A stretch of DNA of 64,000 bases from Syntrophobacterales bacterium (GCA_020060385.1 JAGVAH010000157.1:4586-68585), one strand, 5' to 3'. Shown: positions 35,558 through 44,445, numbered from the stretch's first letter. Notes: generated by a model from the letters alone, not told the origin. Made by a program: numbers and translations.

Positions 35558-35932
35558 TGAGGCAGGAGAAAATAAACCTGGACTTGGAGCCGGCTTTTGC
35601 ATTAGAAATCCAGAAAAGAGTTTTCTGTCCGGTCCGGGAACTTTTCTGCCCCGGATCGGTTGATAGAGGGTCTGCATGATCGGCTTTTTGGAAGGGGAAC
35701 TCCTGGACAAGACCCCGGGCCAGGTCCTGGTCAAGGTGGGGGGCGTGGGCTACCGGGTGCTCATTCCCCTGTCCACCTTCTACGCCCTGCCCGAGCCCCC
35801 GGCCGCGGTCCGCCTGCAGATCCACACCCGCATCCAGGACGACGCGCTGCACCTTTACGGCTTTTACACCCCGGAAGAAAAAGACCTCTTCCTCAAGCTC
35901 CTGAACATCCCCCGCATCGGCCCGGGCCTGGC
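35558..35932 (+). repeat. Direct repeat copy 2 (upstream region plus 5' part of intact ruvA), right boundary of the insertion
   Basis: See 12905-13275. This copy is continuous with a full-length ruvA reading frame. Confidence 0.85.
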
Positions 35933-36257
35933 CCTGAAGATCCTGAGCGGCATCTCCCCCCAGGAGTTCGAGGAAGCCATGTCCTTGAGCGATTCCCGGC
36001 GCCTGGCCAATATCCCCGGCATCGGCAAAAAGAGCGCGGACCGCATCCTCCTGGAGTTGAAAGGCAAGGTGATCATCGCGCCCCGGCCCCGGCCCGGAGT
36101 GGCCGGGGACCGCCCCTACCAGGACGCCCTCTCCGCGCTCCTGAACCTGGGCTACCCCAAGAACGTGGCGGAAAAGGCCCTGGACCAGGCCCGCTCCCAG
36201 GGCGCGGCCTCCCTGGAAGACCTCCTGCGCCAGAGCCTCAAATGGCTGGCGAGATGA
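35676..36257 (+). CDS. ruvA: Holliday junction DNA helicase subunit RuvA
   Basis: 193 aa: MIGFLEGELLDKTPGQVLVKVGGVGYRVLIP (OB domain) and two HhH motifs (LLNIPRIGPGLALKILS, LANIPGIGKKSADRILLEL). Confidence 0.92.
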   Translation: MIGFLEGELLDKTPGQVLVKVGGVGYRVLIPLSTFYALPEPPAAVRLQIHTRIQDDALHLYGFYTPEEKDLFLKLLNIPRIGPGLALKILSGISPQEFEEAMSLSDSRRLANIPGIGKKSADRILLELKGKVIIAPRPRPGVAGDRPYQDALSALLNLGYPKNVAEKALDQARSQGAASLEDLLRQSLKWLAR

Positions 36258-36262
36258 AAAGT

Positions 36263-36315
36263 AGTCAGTGATCAGTGGCCAGTGGCCAGTGGCCAGTTGT
36301 CAGTTGTCAATGGCC
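36263..36315. repeat. CAGTGGC/CAGTTGT tandem heptamer array (unpaired arm)
   Basis: agtcagtgatcagtggccagtggccagtggccagttgtcagttgtcaatggcc, starting 6 nt after the ruvA stop. Confidence 0.75.
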
Positions 36316-36368
36316 CATATCTCCTTCCCCAAACCCTTACTTTCAACTCTTTAATGTGGGAGGATTTT

Positions 36369-36587
36369 ATGCGAATCGAAATAAAATATGGCTCTAGTCT
36401 TGGGAACCATCCAATTGATCTAAGCATGAATGAACTCAACAACCTTCGAAATTCAAATGAACTTCTGGTAAGACAAGATCATCCAGCTATAAAAATCCTA
36501 ACGATTACGGGAACCGTAGATGAATTGGAACTCTTGGCAGCCGCACTGCTGAATAGAGCCATAGAGATTCGGCACTCAAGAGCTTAG
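36369..36587 (+). CDS. Small hypothetical protein (72 aa) in an AT-rich patch
   Basis: ATG 36369 preceded by GGGAGGA: MRIEIKYGSSLGNHPIDLSMNELNNLRNSNELLVRQDHPAIKILTITGTVDELELLAAALLNRAIEIRHSRA. No recognisable motif. Confidence 0.35.
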   Translation: MRIEIKYGSSLGNHPIDLSMNELNNLRNSNELLVRQDHPAIKILTITGTVDELELLAAALLNRAIEIRHSRA

Positions 36588-36631
36588 CCCTCCTATAGAA
36601 CCAATTTGATACCTCTGCGAAAGTATTGGAT

Positions 36632-36781
36632 TGTCATTCTGAACGGAGCGAAAGCGGAGTGAAGAATCTCGTCTTTTTGCGTCCAGGATTTCCAATGTGG
36701 GTGGGAACCTTTGGTGCGACTTGCAAAATCTATGCTGCAAAAAACGAGATTCTTCGGTCGCTCCGCTCCCTCAGAATGACA
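36632..36781. repeat. GTCATTCTGA-type palindromic MITE-like element (copy 1, 150 bp)
   Basis: Terminal inverted repeats tgtcattctgaacggagcgaaagcggagtgaagaatctcgt / acgagattcttcggtcgctccgctccctcagaatgaca. Further outer inverted repeat acctctgcgaaa (36611-36622) / ttttcgcggaggt (36803-36815). Confidence 0.7.
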
Positions 36782-36860
36782 GGTGGGTGGATTTTCGCGG
36801 AGGTTTCATTTTATCATAGATAGAACGACTGTATCTTGTCATTTTATAAGGGTTTTCATA

Positions 36861-38114
36861 ATGGATAACTGGGCCAAAATATTTTTTGCTGATAGCCGCT
36901 CCATGGCGGAGTTGGAGGACGGAAGCGTCGATCTAGTGGTCACCTCCCCCCCTTACTGGCATATCAAGGACTACGGCGTCCCCGGGCAGATCGGCTTCGG
37001 CCAGAGCCTGCACGAGTATCTGCGGGACCTGTACCATACCTGGCGGGAATGCTTCCGGGTTTTAAGGGAGGGCAGCCGCCTCTGTATCAATATCGGCGAT
37101 CAGTTTGCCCGCTCCAGCATTTATGGCCGTTACAAAATAATTCCCTTGCATGCTGAATTTATCAGCCAGTGCGAGCAGATCGGCTTCGACTTCCTGGGGG
37201 CCATCATCTGGCAGAAGAAGACCACCATGAACACCAGCGGCGGGGCCAATGTCATGGGTTCCTACCCCTATCCCCCCAACGGCCTGGTGGAGATCGACTA
37301 CGAATTCATTCTGATTTTCAAAAAACCCGGCAAGGCTAAAGCCGTTTCTAGAGAAATTAAAGAACTTTCTAAATTAACTAAAGAGGAGTGGAAGGAATAC
37401 TTCTCCGGCCACTGGCGCTTAGGAGGCGCCAGGCAATGGGGCCACGAAGCCATGTTCCCCGAGGAACTGCCCCGCCGTCTCATCCGCATGTTCACTTTTC
37501 AAGGCGACGCGGTCCTGGACCCCTTCCTGGGGAGCGGCACCACCCTCAGGGTGGCCCTGGAGCTGGGGCGCAATGGCTGGGGCTATGAAATCAACGAAAG
37601 TTTTTTACCAATGATGGAAGATAAATTGGGCCTGAAAGGGAAATTACCTCTTTATGGAAATATCCAGATAATCAAACGGGATAAAGAAATTGCCAAACTC
37701 CCGGAGATTGGCTATATTCCCAGCATCCAGGATGCTAGGCCCCAGGCGGACCACGGGGAGTTTGATTTTAGGAAGAATGATCTCCCCAAAGTCGCCCGGA
37801 TTGTGGATGAGAGGACCTTGAGATTGAGCACCGGCCAGGAGGTAAGTTTCCTGGGCCTCCGTATCACTGACCGGAACGGGGCCCGGGAGTATCTGCAGCG
37901 CCAGGTCTTGGGGAAGAAGATAATCCTGGGTTATGACGCCGGGGTGGATGCCGCCGGGGCCGGAACCGAGAAGAAGATCGAGGCCTATGTCTATCTGGCC
38001 AATAAGCTGTTTATTAACGGGTATTTGATCAAATCGGGATTAGCGGTCCCAGATATGGAGATAGAGCATAGATTGAAGCATAAATTCGGCAAATGGGCCG
38101 GACCAGGGGATTGA
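36861..38114 (+). CDS. Orphan beta-class DNA methyltransferase (N4-C or N6-A) with a C-terminal SNase-like OB-fold domain
   Basis: Start at ATG 36861. Motif IV DLVVTSPPYW precedes motif I VLDPFLGSGTT (beta permutation). The C-terminal ~110 aa (KVARIVDERTLRLSTGQEVSFLGLRITDRNGAREYLQRQVLGKKIIL..IEAYVYLANKLFINGYLIKSGLAV) follows the staphylococcal-nuclease fold pattern, but the catalytic D/E/R positions look substituted. No restriction enzyme gene is adjacent. Confidence 0.85.
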   Translation: MDNWAKIFFADSRSMAELEDGSVDLVVTSPPYWHIKDYGVPGQIGFGQSLHEYLRDLYHTWRECFRVLREGSRLCINIGDQFARSSIYGRYKIIPLHAEFISQCEQIGFDFLGAIIWQKKTTMNTSGGANVMGSYPYPPNGLVEIDYEFILIFKKPGKAKAVSREIKELSKLTKEEWKEYFSGHWRLGGARQWGHEAMFPEELPRRLIRMFTFQGDAVLDPFLGSGTTLRVALELGRNGWGYEINESFLPMMEDKLGLKGKLPLYGNIQIIKRDKEIAKLPEIGYIPSIQDARPQADHGEFDFRKNDLPKVARIVDERTLRLSTGQEVSFLGLRITDRNGAREYLQRQVLGKKIILGYDAGVDAAGAGTEKKIEAYVYLANKLFINGYLIKSGLAVPDMEIEHRLKHKFGKWAGPGD

Positions 38115-38443
38115 TTTAACCCTGATATTCTGTCAAAACAACCGGTAGATGGGCTCGTGGATTTCTTTAGATGAAAGAATGATCGACCCAAGGGGTATCC
38201 TCCATGAAGAACCTGCAGCACCAAGACATCCGCCACCTCACTGTAATCCATTGGCTCCTGCCCACTGCCGCCCTCTACGCGAAAATCGCCCCCCGGGGTG
38301 TGACATCCCAAAAACCTGGTTATTGATGGCGCTGGTTTCCCTTGCCAGCGTCTTAAACTTGCTTAAATTATGTTTGGGTGTCAGCCCAAATTCCCCTTAT
38401 GCAGATTTTGTCTTAGATTGACCGTGGTTATGGGAGGTTGTCC

Positions 38444-40291
38444 ATGCAAGGTATGGAAATAAGTGGCGCCAAGACCAACAACAGTGCCCTCCTCAGCTGG
38501 ATCAATACGGTAGCTGACCTTACTAAACCGGAGCAGGTGTATCTCTGTGACGGTTCCCAGGAAGAATATAACCACCTCTGCGATTTAATGGTGGAAAGTG
38601 GCACCTTTATTCGCCTCAATCCGGAAAAACGCCCCAACAGTTTTCTCAGCCGCTCCGACCCCAGGGACGTGGCCCGCACGGAAAGCCGCACCTTTATTTG
38701 CTGCCTCAATAAAGCTGACGCGGGGCCCACGAACAATTGGATGAACCCCGTGGACATGAAAGAAATATTGACAGGCCTCTTTGACGGTTGCATGCGCGGG
38801 CGCACCATGTACGTCATTCCTTTCAGCATGGGGCCTTTGGGTTCCCACATTGCCCATATCGGCATAGAGATCACGGACTCTCCCTATGTGGTGGTGAATA
38901 TGCGCATCATGACTCGCATGGGGCAGAGGGTGCTGGACGTTCTGGGGGACGAGGGCGTCTTTGTCAAATGTCTGCATTCAGTGGGCGCCCCCTTGGCGCC
39001 GGGCCAGAAAGATGTCCCCTGGCCGTGTAATCCGGATAATCTCTATATCACCCACTTTCCGGAAGAGCGGGCCGTTTATTCCTTTGGCAGCGGTTATGGG
39101 GGCAATGCCCTGTTGAGCAAGAAATGTTTTGCCCTGCGGATTGCTTCGGTCATGGCCGAGGATGAAGGCTGGCTGGCGGAGCATATGTTGATTTTGGGAG
39201 TGGAAGACCCCGAAGGCCAAAGAACTTACGTGGCCGGGGCCTTCCCCAGCGCCTGCGGCAAAACCAATTTTGCCATGCTGGTTCCACCCAAGGGATTTGA
39301 GGGTTGGAAGGTCTTCACGGTGGGTGACGACATCGCCTGGATCAAACCCGATCCGGATGGAACGCTCAGGGCCATCAATCCTGAGGCCGGTTTTTTCGGG
39401 GTGGCTCCGGGCACTTCCATGAAATCCAACCCCAATGCCATGCTGACCCTCACCAGGAACTGCATTTTTACCAATGTGGCCCTCACGGATGACGGTGATG
39501 TGTGGTGGGAGGGGATGACCGACGACCCCCCGCCCCATTTGCTTGACTGGAAGGGACTGGATTGGACTCCGGATTGCGGCCGCCTGGCCGCGCACCCCAA
39601 TGCCCGGTTTACGGCGCCCATCCAACAGTGTCCCACCTTCGATCCGGAATGGGATAATCCTGCGGGCGTTCCCATCAACGCCTTTATCTTCGGGGCCCGG
39701 ATGAGCAGACATGTGCCCCTGGTCTTTCAAGGCTTTAACTGGTCCCACGGCGTATATATCGCCGCCACCATGGCTTCCGAAGCTACGGCCGCGGCGGAAG
39801 AAGGGCTGACCATGCGGCGGGACCCCATGGCCATGCTGCCTTTTTGCGGCTACAACATGGCCGACTACTGGAGCCACTGGTTAAATGTGGGGCGGCATTT
39901 GGCCAATCCCCCGCGTATTTTCCGGGTGAATTGGTTCAGAAAGGATGAGAACGGCAAGTTCATGTGGCCCGGGTTCGGGGAAAACATGCGGGTGCTCAAA
40001 TGGGTGGTTGACCGGGTGCGGGGCCGGGGTTACGGGGTGGAAAGCCCCATGGGCTTCATGCCCCGGCATCAGGATATCCACTGGGACGGGTTGGAATACG
40101 ATCCGGAAAAATTCTATGAACTCATGTCGGTGGATCGGGCCGAGGCAGCCAAAGAGGCCAGGTCCCATGAGGAGCTGTTCGACAATTTCTTTGATCGCCT
40201 GCCCAAGGAATTTATTTACCTCCGGGAACTGTTTAAATCCCAGGTATGGCGCTCCCCCAAGAGGTGGGAATTAGCCCGGGCCATCTTTTAG
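38444..40291 (+). CDS. pckG: Phosphoenolpyruvate carboxykinase (GTP)
   Basis: Start at ATG 38444 (GGGAGG 6 nt upstream). Motifs [54 protein letters not shown]. Confidence 0.95.
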   Translation: MQGMEISGAKTNNSALLSWINTVADLTKPEQVYLCDGSQEEYNHLCDLMVESGTFIRLNPEKRPNSFLSRSDPRDVARTESRTFICCLNKADAGPTNNWMNPVDMKEILTGLFDGCMRGRTMYVIPFSMGPLGSHIAHIGIEITDSPYVVVNMRIMTRMGQRVLDVLGDEGVFVKCLHSVGAPLAPGQKDVPWPCNPDNLYITHFPEERAVYSFGSGYGGNALLSKKCFALRIASVMAEDEGWLAEHMLILGVEDPEGQRTYVAGAFPSACGKTNFAMLVPPKGFEGWKVFTVGDDIAWIKPDPDGTLRAINPEAGFFGVAPGTSMKSNPNAMLTLTRNCIFTNVALTDDGDVWWEGMTDDPPPHLLDWKGLDWTPDCGRLAAHPNARFTAPIQQCPTFDPEWDNPAGVPINAFIFGARMSRHVPLVFQGFNWSHGVYIAATMASEATAAAEEGLTMRRDPMAMLPFCGYNMADYWSHWLNVGRHLANPPRIFRVNWFRKDENGKFMWPGFGENMRVLKWVVDRVRGRGYGVESPMGFMPRHQDIHWDGLEYDPEKFYELMSVDRAEAAKEARSHEELFDNFFDRLPKEFIYLRELFKSQVWRSPKRWELARAIF

Positions 40292-40322
40292 AAGGGAATC
40301 GCGGCACTGCAGGAAAAAACCT

Positions 40323-40430
40323 CACGCCAAGACGCCAGGGCGCAAAGAAAGAACGCAAGCAATATCTTAGGGGCAGGGCAGGAGCCATGCCCCTAAAAAT
40401 TTTTCTTGCGCCTTGGCACTTTGGTGTGGG
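40323..40430. repeat. CCAAGA-type long hairpin element (divergent copy)
   Basis: Left arm cacgccaagacgccagggcgcaaagaaagaacgcaag, central hairpin aggggca..tgcccct, right arm ttcttgcgccttggcactttggtgtggg. Same architecture as 10791-10912 and 54269-54378. Lies just after the pckG stop. Confidence 0.65.
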
Positions 40431-40579
40431 TCCACAACCCTTCCTTTAAAGTTTTCCGCCTGCCCTCCCGAAGTAATCATTGTATCCAACCCTTTTAATT
40501 GACTCATTTAATAAGAGTTTGGTGTCGCGGCTCGGGCTCCGGGACGAAGGAGCCATGACTACACGGGGGGGAGGGATTT

Positions 40580-41026
40580 GTGGCGGCTATTTTCCGCGGC
40601 CTCAAGGGCAGGTGGTATCTACCGCTGGCACTGGGCATCGTGGCCCTGGTGTGCAGCTATTATCTGCAAGATACGACTAATCAGTCGAGCTATGTCAATC
40701 TTATTCGGAACTTCATTGCCCCTTCCCACTCTTCCTCCCGGGCTTATGTGCAGGTGGTGGAGATTTCTCACCGCGCCGAAAAAAGGGGAGGGGACTGGTA
40801 TGCCACCATTTACGTAACTATTGAAAATATTAGCAATAAGATCATTACCGAACTAAATGGTACCCTTAAATATACAGCAGGCAGACCGCAAACGGCAACT
40901 CTTCAATATAAAGGAAAAATTCCTCCTCGAAGCCAAGAGAAAATCTCAGTCTATGTCCAAATTCCCCGCAGAGGGGGATTGTTCGGCAGATTCAAGGTGA
41001 ATTTTTCCAAAGTCGAGGTCCAATAG
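40580..41026 (+). CDS. Hypothetical membrane-anchored protein
   Basis: 148 aa, GTG start, one N-terminal TM (WYLPLALGIVALVCSYY), beta-rich C-terminal part with lower GC. No recognisable family. Confidence 0.45.
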   Translation: MAAIFRGLKGRWYLPLALGIVALVCSYYLQDTTNQSSYVNLIRNFIAPSHSSSRAYVQVVEISHRAEKRGGDWYATIYVTIENISNKIITELNGTLKYTAGRPQTATLQYKGKIPPRSQEKISVYVQIPRRGGLFGRFKVNFSKVEVQ

Positions 41027-41112
41027 CTGGAAGCTTGGAGGCCACAGGATGTGGTTGCCCCAAGAGCAGGTTTTGTCCCTTGGTCCTTTTGCTCCTTTCC
41101 GTAAAAAAAATC

Positions 41113-41901
41113 CTAGATCTTCAATCCCGGAATCCGGTCCCACCCCGCCAGATGCAGGGCGACAAAACCGGCCAGGCAAGCTGCGGCCACCGCCAGGGCC
41201 AGCCAGTCCCTTGGAGCCATGCGGATTTGCAGGAGGTAGGTGCGCTGCCCGCTCCTCTGGAAGCCCCGGGTCTCCAGGGCCCAGGCCATGGTCTGGCTGC
41301 GGCGCAGGGTGAGGAGAAAAATGGGGGCCAGCAGGGGAAGATGGCGTTGCAGGCGGGTTAAGGGGCCCCCCTCCTCCCAAACCAGGCCCCGGGCCTCCTG
41401 GGCCTCCTTCACCCGCTGGGCGGTGACAAAGACCTCCGGCACCCACCGCAGGGCCAAAGCAAAGGCAAACGCGCCCGCGTAAGGGAGCCGCAGTTTCACC
41501 AGGCCCAGAAAGAGTTCTTCCACCGGGGTGGTGGCCAGGAGCACCATCCCGGCCACCATCATGGTCCCCAATTTTAAGAAGGTGGCCAGGCCAAAGGCCA
41601 GGGATTCCCGGCTCACCCGCCAGAAAAGGAGGGTGGGCCCCTGGGCCAGCACCGACCAGACCACGATACTGAACAGGGCCAGGACCAAAAGCAGCCAGCG
41701 GAGGCGGTGGAGTTCTCCCCAGGCCCGGGCCAGGGCCAGCTGGCCCAGGACCAGCAACGCCGCCAGGCCCGCCACCAGGGGGCGCTGGGGCAGCAACACC
41801 GCCAGGAAGCTGGCCAACAGCAGAGCGATCTTGACTCGCGGGTCCAGGCGCTCTATCAAGGTGGGGTCCGGCGGTGCGGCTGGGGGATTATTTTCTTGCA
41901 T
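41113..41901 (-). CDS. ecfT: Energy-coupling-factor transporter transmembrane component (EcfT/CbiQ family)
   Basis: 262 aa: LDPRVKIALLLASFLAVLL, ALRWVPEVFVTAQRVKEAQEARG, AWALETRGF. No ecfA ATPase gene adjacent. Confidence 0.75.
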   Translation of the reverse strand: MQENNPPAAPPDPTLIERLDPRVKIALLLASFLAVLLPQRPLVAGLAALLVLGQLALARAWGELHRLRWLLLVLALFSIVVWSVLAQGPTLLFWRVSRESLAFGLATFLKLGTMMVAGMVLLATTPVEELFLGLVKLRLPYAGAFAFALALRWVPEVFVTAQRVKEAQEARGLVWEEGGPLTRLQRHLPLLAPIFLLTLRRSQTMAWALETRGFQRSGQRTYLLQIRMAPRDWLALAVAAACLAGFVALHLAGWDRIPGLKI

Positions 41902-41975
41902 CTGGGATGAACATTGCCGATACTTTTTGGTTATACCTCTAAGGCAAAATCATTACCAACGAAGGATGAGCCCCA

Positions 41976-42350
41976 ATGTTTAAATCCGTGGTTCTGGCCC
42001 TGATTACGCTGGACGTTTTTCTCAATGTGGCTGGCCAGTTATCCCTCAAATACGGCATGTCCCAAATCGGCAATTTCTCTTTGTCACTGAGCACCCTGCC
42101 CCCCGTCTTTTTGAAGGCGGCCACCAACCTGAACGTCCTTCTGGGCCTGGTCTGCTACGGCCTGGGCTTCCTGGTGTGGCTCATCGTTCTGGCCAAGGCG
42201 GAAGTGAGCTATGCCTATCCTTTGATCAGCCTGGGTTATGTCTTCACCGCCATCCTGGCCCGCATCATGTTCGGGGAGGCGGTCTCCTTCACCCGCATGG
42301 CGGGCATCCTGGTCACCTGCCTGGGGGTCTTCCTCATCGCCCGGAGTTGA
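41976..42350 (+). CDS. Small 4-TM DMT/EamA-like (ArnE-like) membrane protein
   Basis: 124 aa, four TM segments: NVAGQLSLKYGMSQIG, AEVSYAYPLISLGYVFTAILARIMFGEAVS. Confidence 0.65.
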   Translation: MFKSVVLALITLDVFLNVAGQLSLKYGMSQIGNFSLSLSTLPPVFLKAATNLNVLLGLVCYGLGFLVWLIVLAKAEVSYAYPLISLGYVFTAILARIMFGEAVSFTRMAGILVTCLGVFLIARS

Positions 42351-42443
42351 GCCGTATAGTTCCCCAAAGCCCGTCTCTTCTCAATTTGTCGCAGCCAATG
42401 TGGCTTTCCTTAATGCCCGGGATCTGCAAACCTAGAATTTGAT

Positions 42444-42648
42444 CCCCCCCTTTTTTAAAGGGGGGAAGGGGAGATTATATAGGCCCTTGATAATCCCCCT
42501 AAGGCCATTTTGCAATCAAAAGACATTGAACTGTAGGGGCGAATCTTGTATTTGCCCTGTGCGGGCGGGCGAACACCAGGTTAGCCCCTACAAGAAAATT
42601 GCCGTTAGATTGCGACTTGGTATAAATCCCCCTTTAGAAAAGGGGGAC
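42444..42648. repeat. Cluster of nested palindromic REP-like hairpins
   Basis: Hairpin cccccccttttttaaagggggg (42444-42466). Hairpin ctgtaggggcgaa..ttagcccctacaag (42531-42593), flanked by ttgcaatc/gattgcga. Hairpin tccccctttagaaaagggggac (42627-42648). Related hairpins occur at about 44514-44545 and 45697-45725. Confidence 0.7.
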
Positions 42649-42709
42649 TGAAAGTATCCGGTATTGCAGAGTGGCTGATTTTATCTCGTCCTGTTCAGTG
42701 AATATGACC

Positions 42710-42958
42710 CTAATCCTCCGGGATGATCCAGAGAATATGCTCCTTGTTGACGATGAATACCTGTTCGGTTTTTCCTGCCAGAGCCACTTCGAATAGCACC
42801 AGGAAAGGGTCCTTGTCCTTGGTGAAGAGATCGCTGACCCGGTTCAGCTCCATCTCTTCATGATAGAGATTGACCTGCCCTTTGAGCACCGAGCCGTCAG
42901 TCAGTTTCAGGGTCACCGGGCGGGGCGCCCGTCTCCGGGAAATAATCTTCACATCCAT
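42710..42958 (-). CDS. Small hypothetical protein (82 aa)
   Basis: MDVKIISRRRAPRPVTLKLTDGSVLKGQVNLYHEEMELNRVSDLF.., same strand as mtaD and downstream of it. Coding-like composition, no secure family assignment. Confidence 0.5.
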   Translation of the reverse strand: MDVKIISRRRAPRPVTLKLTDGSVLKGQVNLYHEEMELNRVSDLFTKDKDPFLVLFEVALAGKTEQVFIVNKEHILWIIPED

Positions 42959-43049
42959 GGGCTTTTCCTCCTCCGTGACGGGCCGGCCCGGTTTGAAGCC
43001 AGGGCCGTTGGTTTTCAGGGTGCAGGGCCGGGTTTGTTAATCTCCGGAA

Positions 43050-44375
43050 TCACTTGTGCAAACTGCGGGCCAATTCCCGGGCCCGGGCCAGGGTCTCCTC
43101 CAGGTCAAAGGTGAGGAGGCGCCGGTCCTGGACCACCACCTGGCCGTGCACCAGCACGGTCTGCACGTCCGCTCCCGTGGCCGCGTAGACCAGGTGGGAA
43201 TAGGGATCGTATATAGGTGTCAGGTGGGGCTGGTCCAAATCGATGACCACCAGGTCCCCTTTCCGGCCGGGGGTGAGCGCGCCCACCTCCTTTTCCAACC
43301 CCAAAACCCGGGCGCTGCCCCGGGTGGCCAGTTCCAGGGCCTCTGGCGCGGGCAGGGCCGTGGGCTCCAGGCGGTGTACCTTCTGGAGCTTGGCCGCGGT
43401 GTCCATTTCCTGGAGCAGGTCCAGGTTGTTGTTGGAGGCGCAGCCGTCGGTGCCCAGGCCCACCGGCACGCCTTTGGCTAGGAGGTCCACCACCGGGGCG
43501 ATGCCGGAGGCCAGCTTCATGTTGGACTCCGGACAATGGGCCACGCCCGCGCCGCTGGCTGCCAGCAGTTCCAGATCGGCCTCCTTCAGGATCACCCCGT
43601 GGTCGGCCACCAGGCGGGGGCTGAGCAGTCCCAGGCGCTGGAGGTGGCCCACCGGCGTGGCCCCGTATTTGGCCTCACAGTCCGCCACTTCCCGGGCGGT
43701 TTCGGACAGATGGATGATGAGCCGGGTATGGAGGCGGGAGGCCAGCTCCCCGCATTGCTGCAACAACTCCGGCGAGCAGGTATAGACCGCGTGGGGCTGA
43801 ATGGCCACCTGCACCCGGGGGTGGTCCTCCCAGGCGCGGAAAAGCTCTTCGCTATATCGCAGGCCGGCCGCGGGCGGACCGTAATTGGGAGAGGGGAAGT
43901 CGTAGAGGACCTCCCCCACCACCGCGCGGATGCCGGTTTCCGCCGCGGCCTGGGCCACCTGCCCGGACCAGAGATACATGTCGCAGAAAGTGGTGGTGCC
44001 GGAAAGGAGCATCTCCGCCACCGCCAGCTTGGTGCCCCAATAGACGAAGTCCCCGTTCAGATGGCGCTCCGCGGGGAAGATATGGGAGCAGAGCCATTCT
44101 TCCAGGGGCAGATCGTCGGCCAACCCCCGGAAGAGGGCCATGGCCGCATGGGTATGGGCGTTGATCAGGCCGGGAATAATGAGGCCCTGGGGATAATCCA
44201 GCACCCTGGCCGGGGTGTAGCGCTTCTGCAGTTCCCCGGGAGGGCCCACCGCCACGATTTCTTCCCCCTTAAGGGCCACCCCGCCGGGGGAGAGGATCTC
44301 CCTCTCGCCGTTTTGCGTCAGCACCCAGGCGCCGGTGATCAATAAGGAGACAGTCTCTTTCTCGGTAGCCGCCAA
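43050..44375 (-). CDS. mtaD: 5-methylthioadenosine/S-adenosylhomocysteine deaminase-type amidohydrolase
   Basis: PGLINAHTHAAMALFRGLADDLPLEEWL, HLSET, GLGTDGCASNN. ORF-track start 44405 is a TTG inside the GTTCAAGG repeat. I prefer TTG 44375, just downstream of GGAGGAG. Start is uncertain. Confidence 0.85.
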   Translation of the reverse strand: MAATEKETVSLLITGAWVLTQNGEREILSPGGVALKGEEIVAVGPPGELQKRYTPARVLDYPQGLIIPGLINAHTHAAMALFRGLADDLPLEEWLCSHIFPAERHLNGDFVYWGTKLAVAEMLLSGTTTFCDMYLWSGQVAQAAAETGIRAVVGEVLYDFPSPNYGPPAAGLRYSEELFRAWEDHPRVQVAIQPHAVYTCSPELLQQCGELASRLHTRLIIHLSETAREVADCEAKYGATPVGHLQRLGLLSPRLVADHGVILKEADLELLAASGAGVAHCPESNMKLASGIAPVVDLLAKGVPVGLGTDGCASNNNLDLLQEMDTAAKLQKVHRLEPTALPAPEALELATRGSARVLGLEKEVGALTPGRKGDLVVIDLDQPHLTPIYDPYSHLVYAATGADVQTVLVHGQVVVQDRRLLTFDLEETLARARELARSLHK

Positions 44376-44388
44376 ATCTCCTCCGCTT

Positions 44389-44445
44389 CCAAGTTCAAGG
44401 TTCAAGGTTTCTTAGCTTTCAGCTATCAGCGGTCAGCTGTCAGCT
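44389..44445. repeat. GTTCAAGG array abutting a CAGCTNT array (left arm of a split hairpin)
   Basis: ccaagttcaaggttcaaggttt (44389-44410) followed by agctttcagctatcagcggtcagctgtcagct (44414-44445). The latter is the inverted complement of 45753-45786. Confidence 0.75.

Noticed and set aside
12161-35675. Integrase, transposase, or tRNA/tmRNA attachment site for the ruvC-ruvA insertion
   Set aside because: I inspected every ORF of at least 60 aa in the track and the intergenic DNA. No tyrosine or serine recombinase, DDE transposase or tRNA-like sequence was recognisable, so the island is reported without a mobility mechanism.
36263-36315. Tandem short repeats here and at 44389-44445, 48255-48294, 50763-50900 and 51475-51677 as CRISPR arrays
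   Set aside because: The repeat unit is only 7-8 nt with no unique spacers of 25-40 nt. The arrays pair as hairpin arms, and no cas genes are present.
42710-42958. 82-aa protein as a stand-alone PilZ (c-di-GMP) domain
   Set aside because: An RxxxR (RRAPR) is present, but the second motif reads DGSVLKG (D-x-S-x-x-x-G) rather than D/N-x-S-x-x-G, and the protein is short for a PilZ barrel. The call is left as hypothetical.
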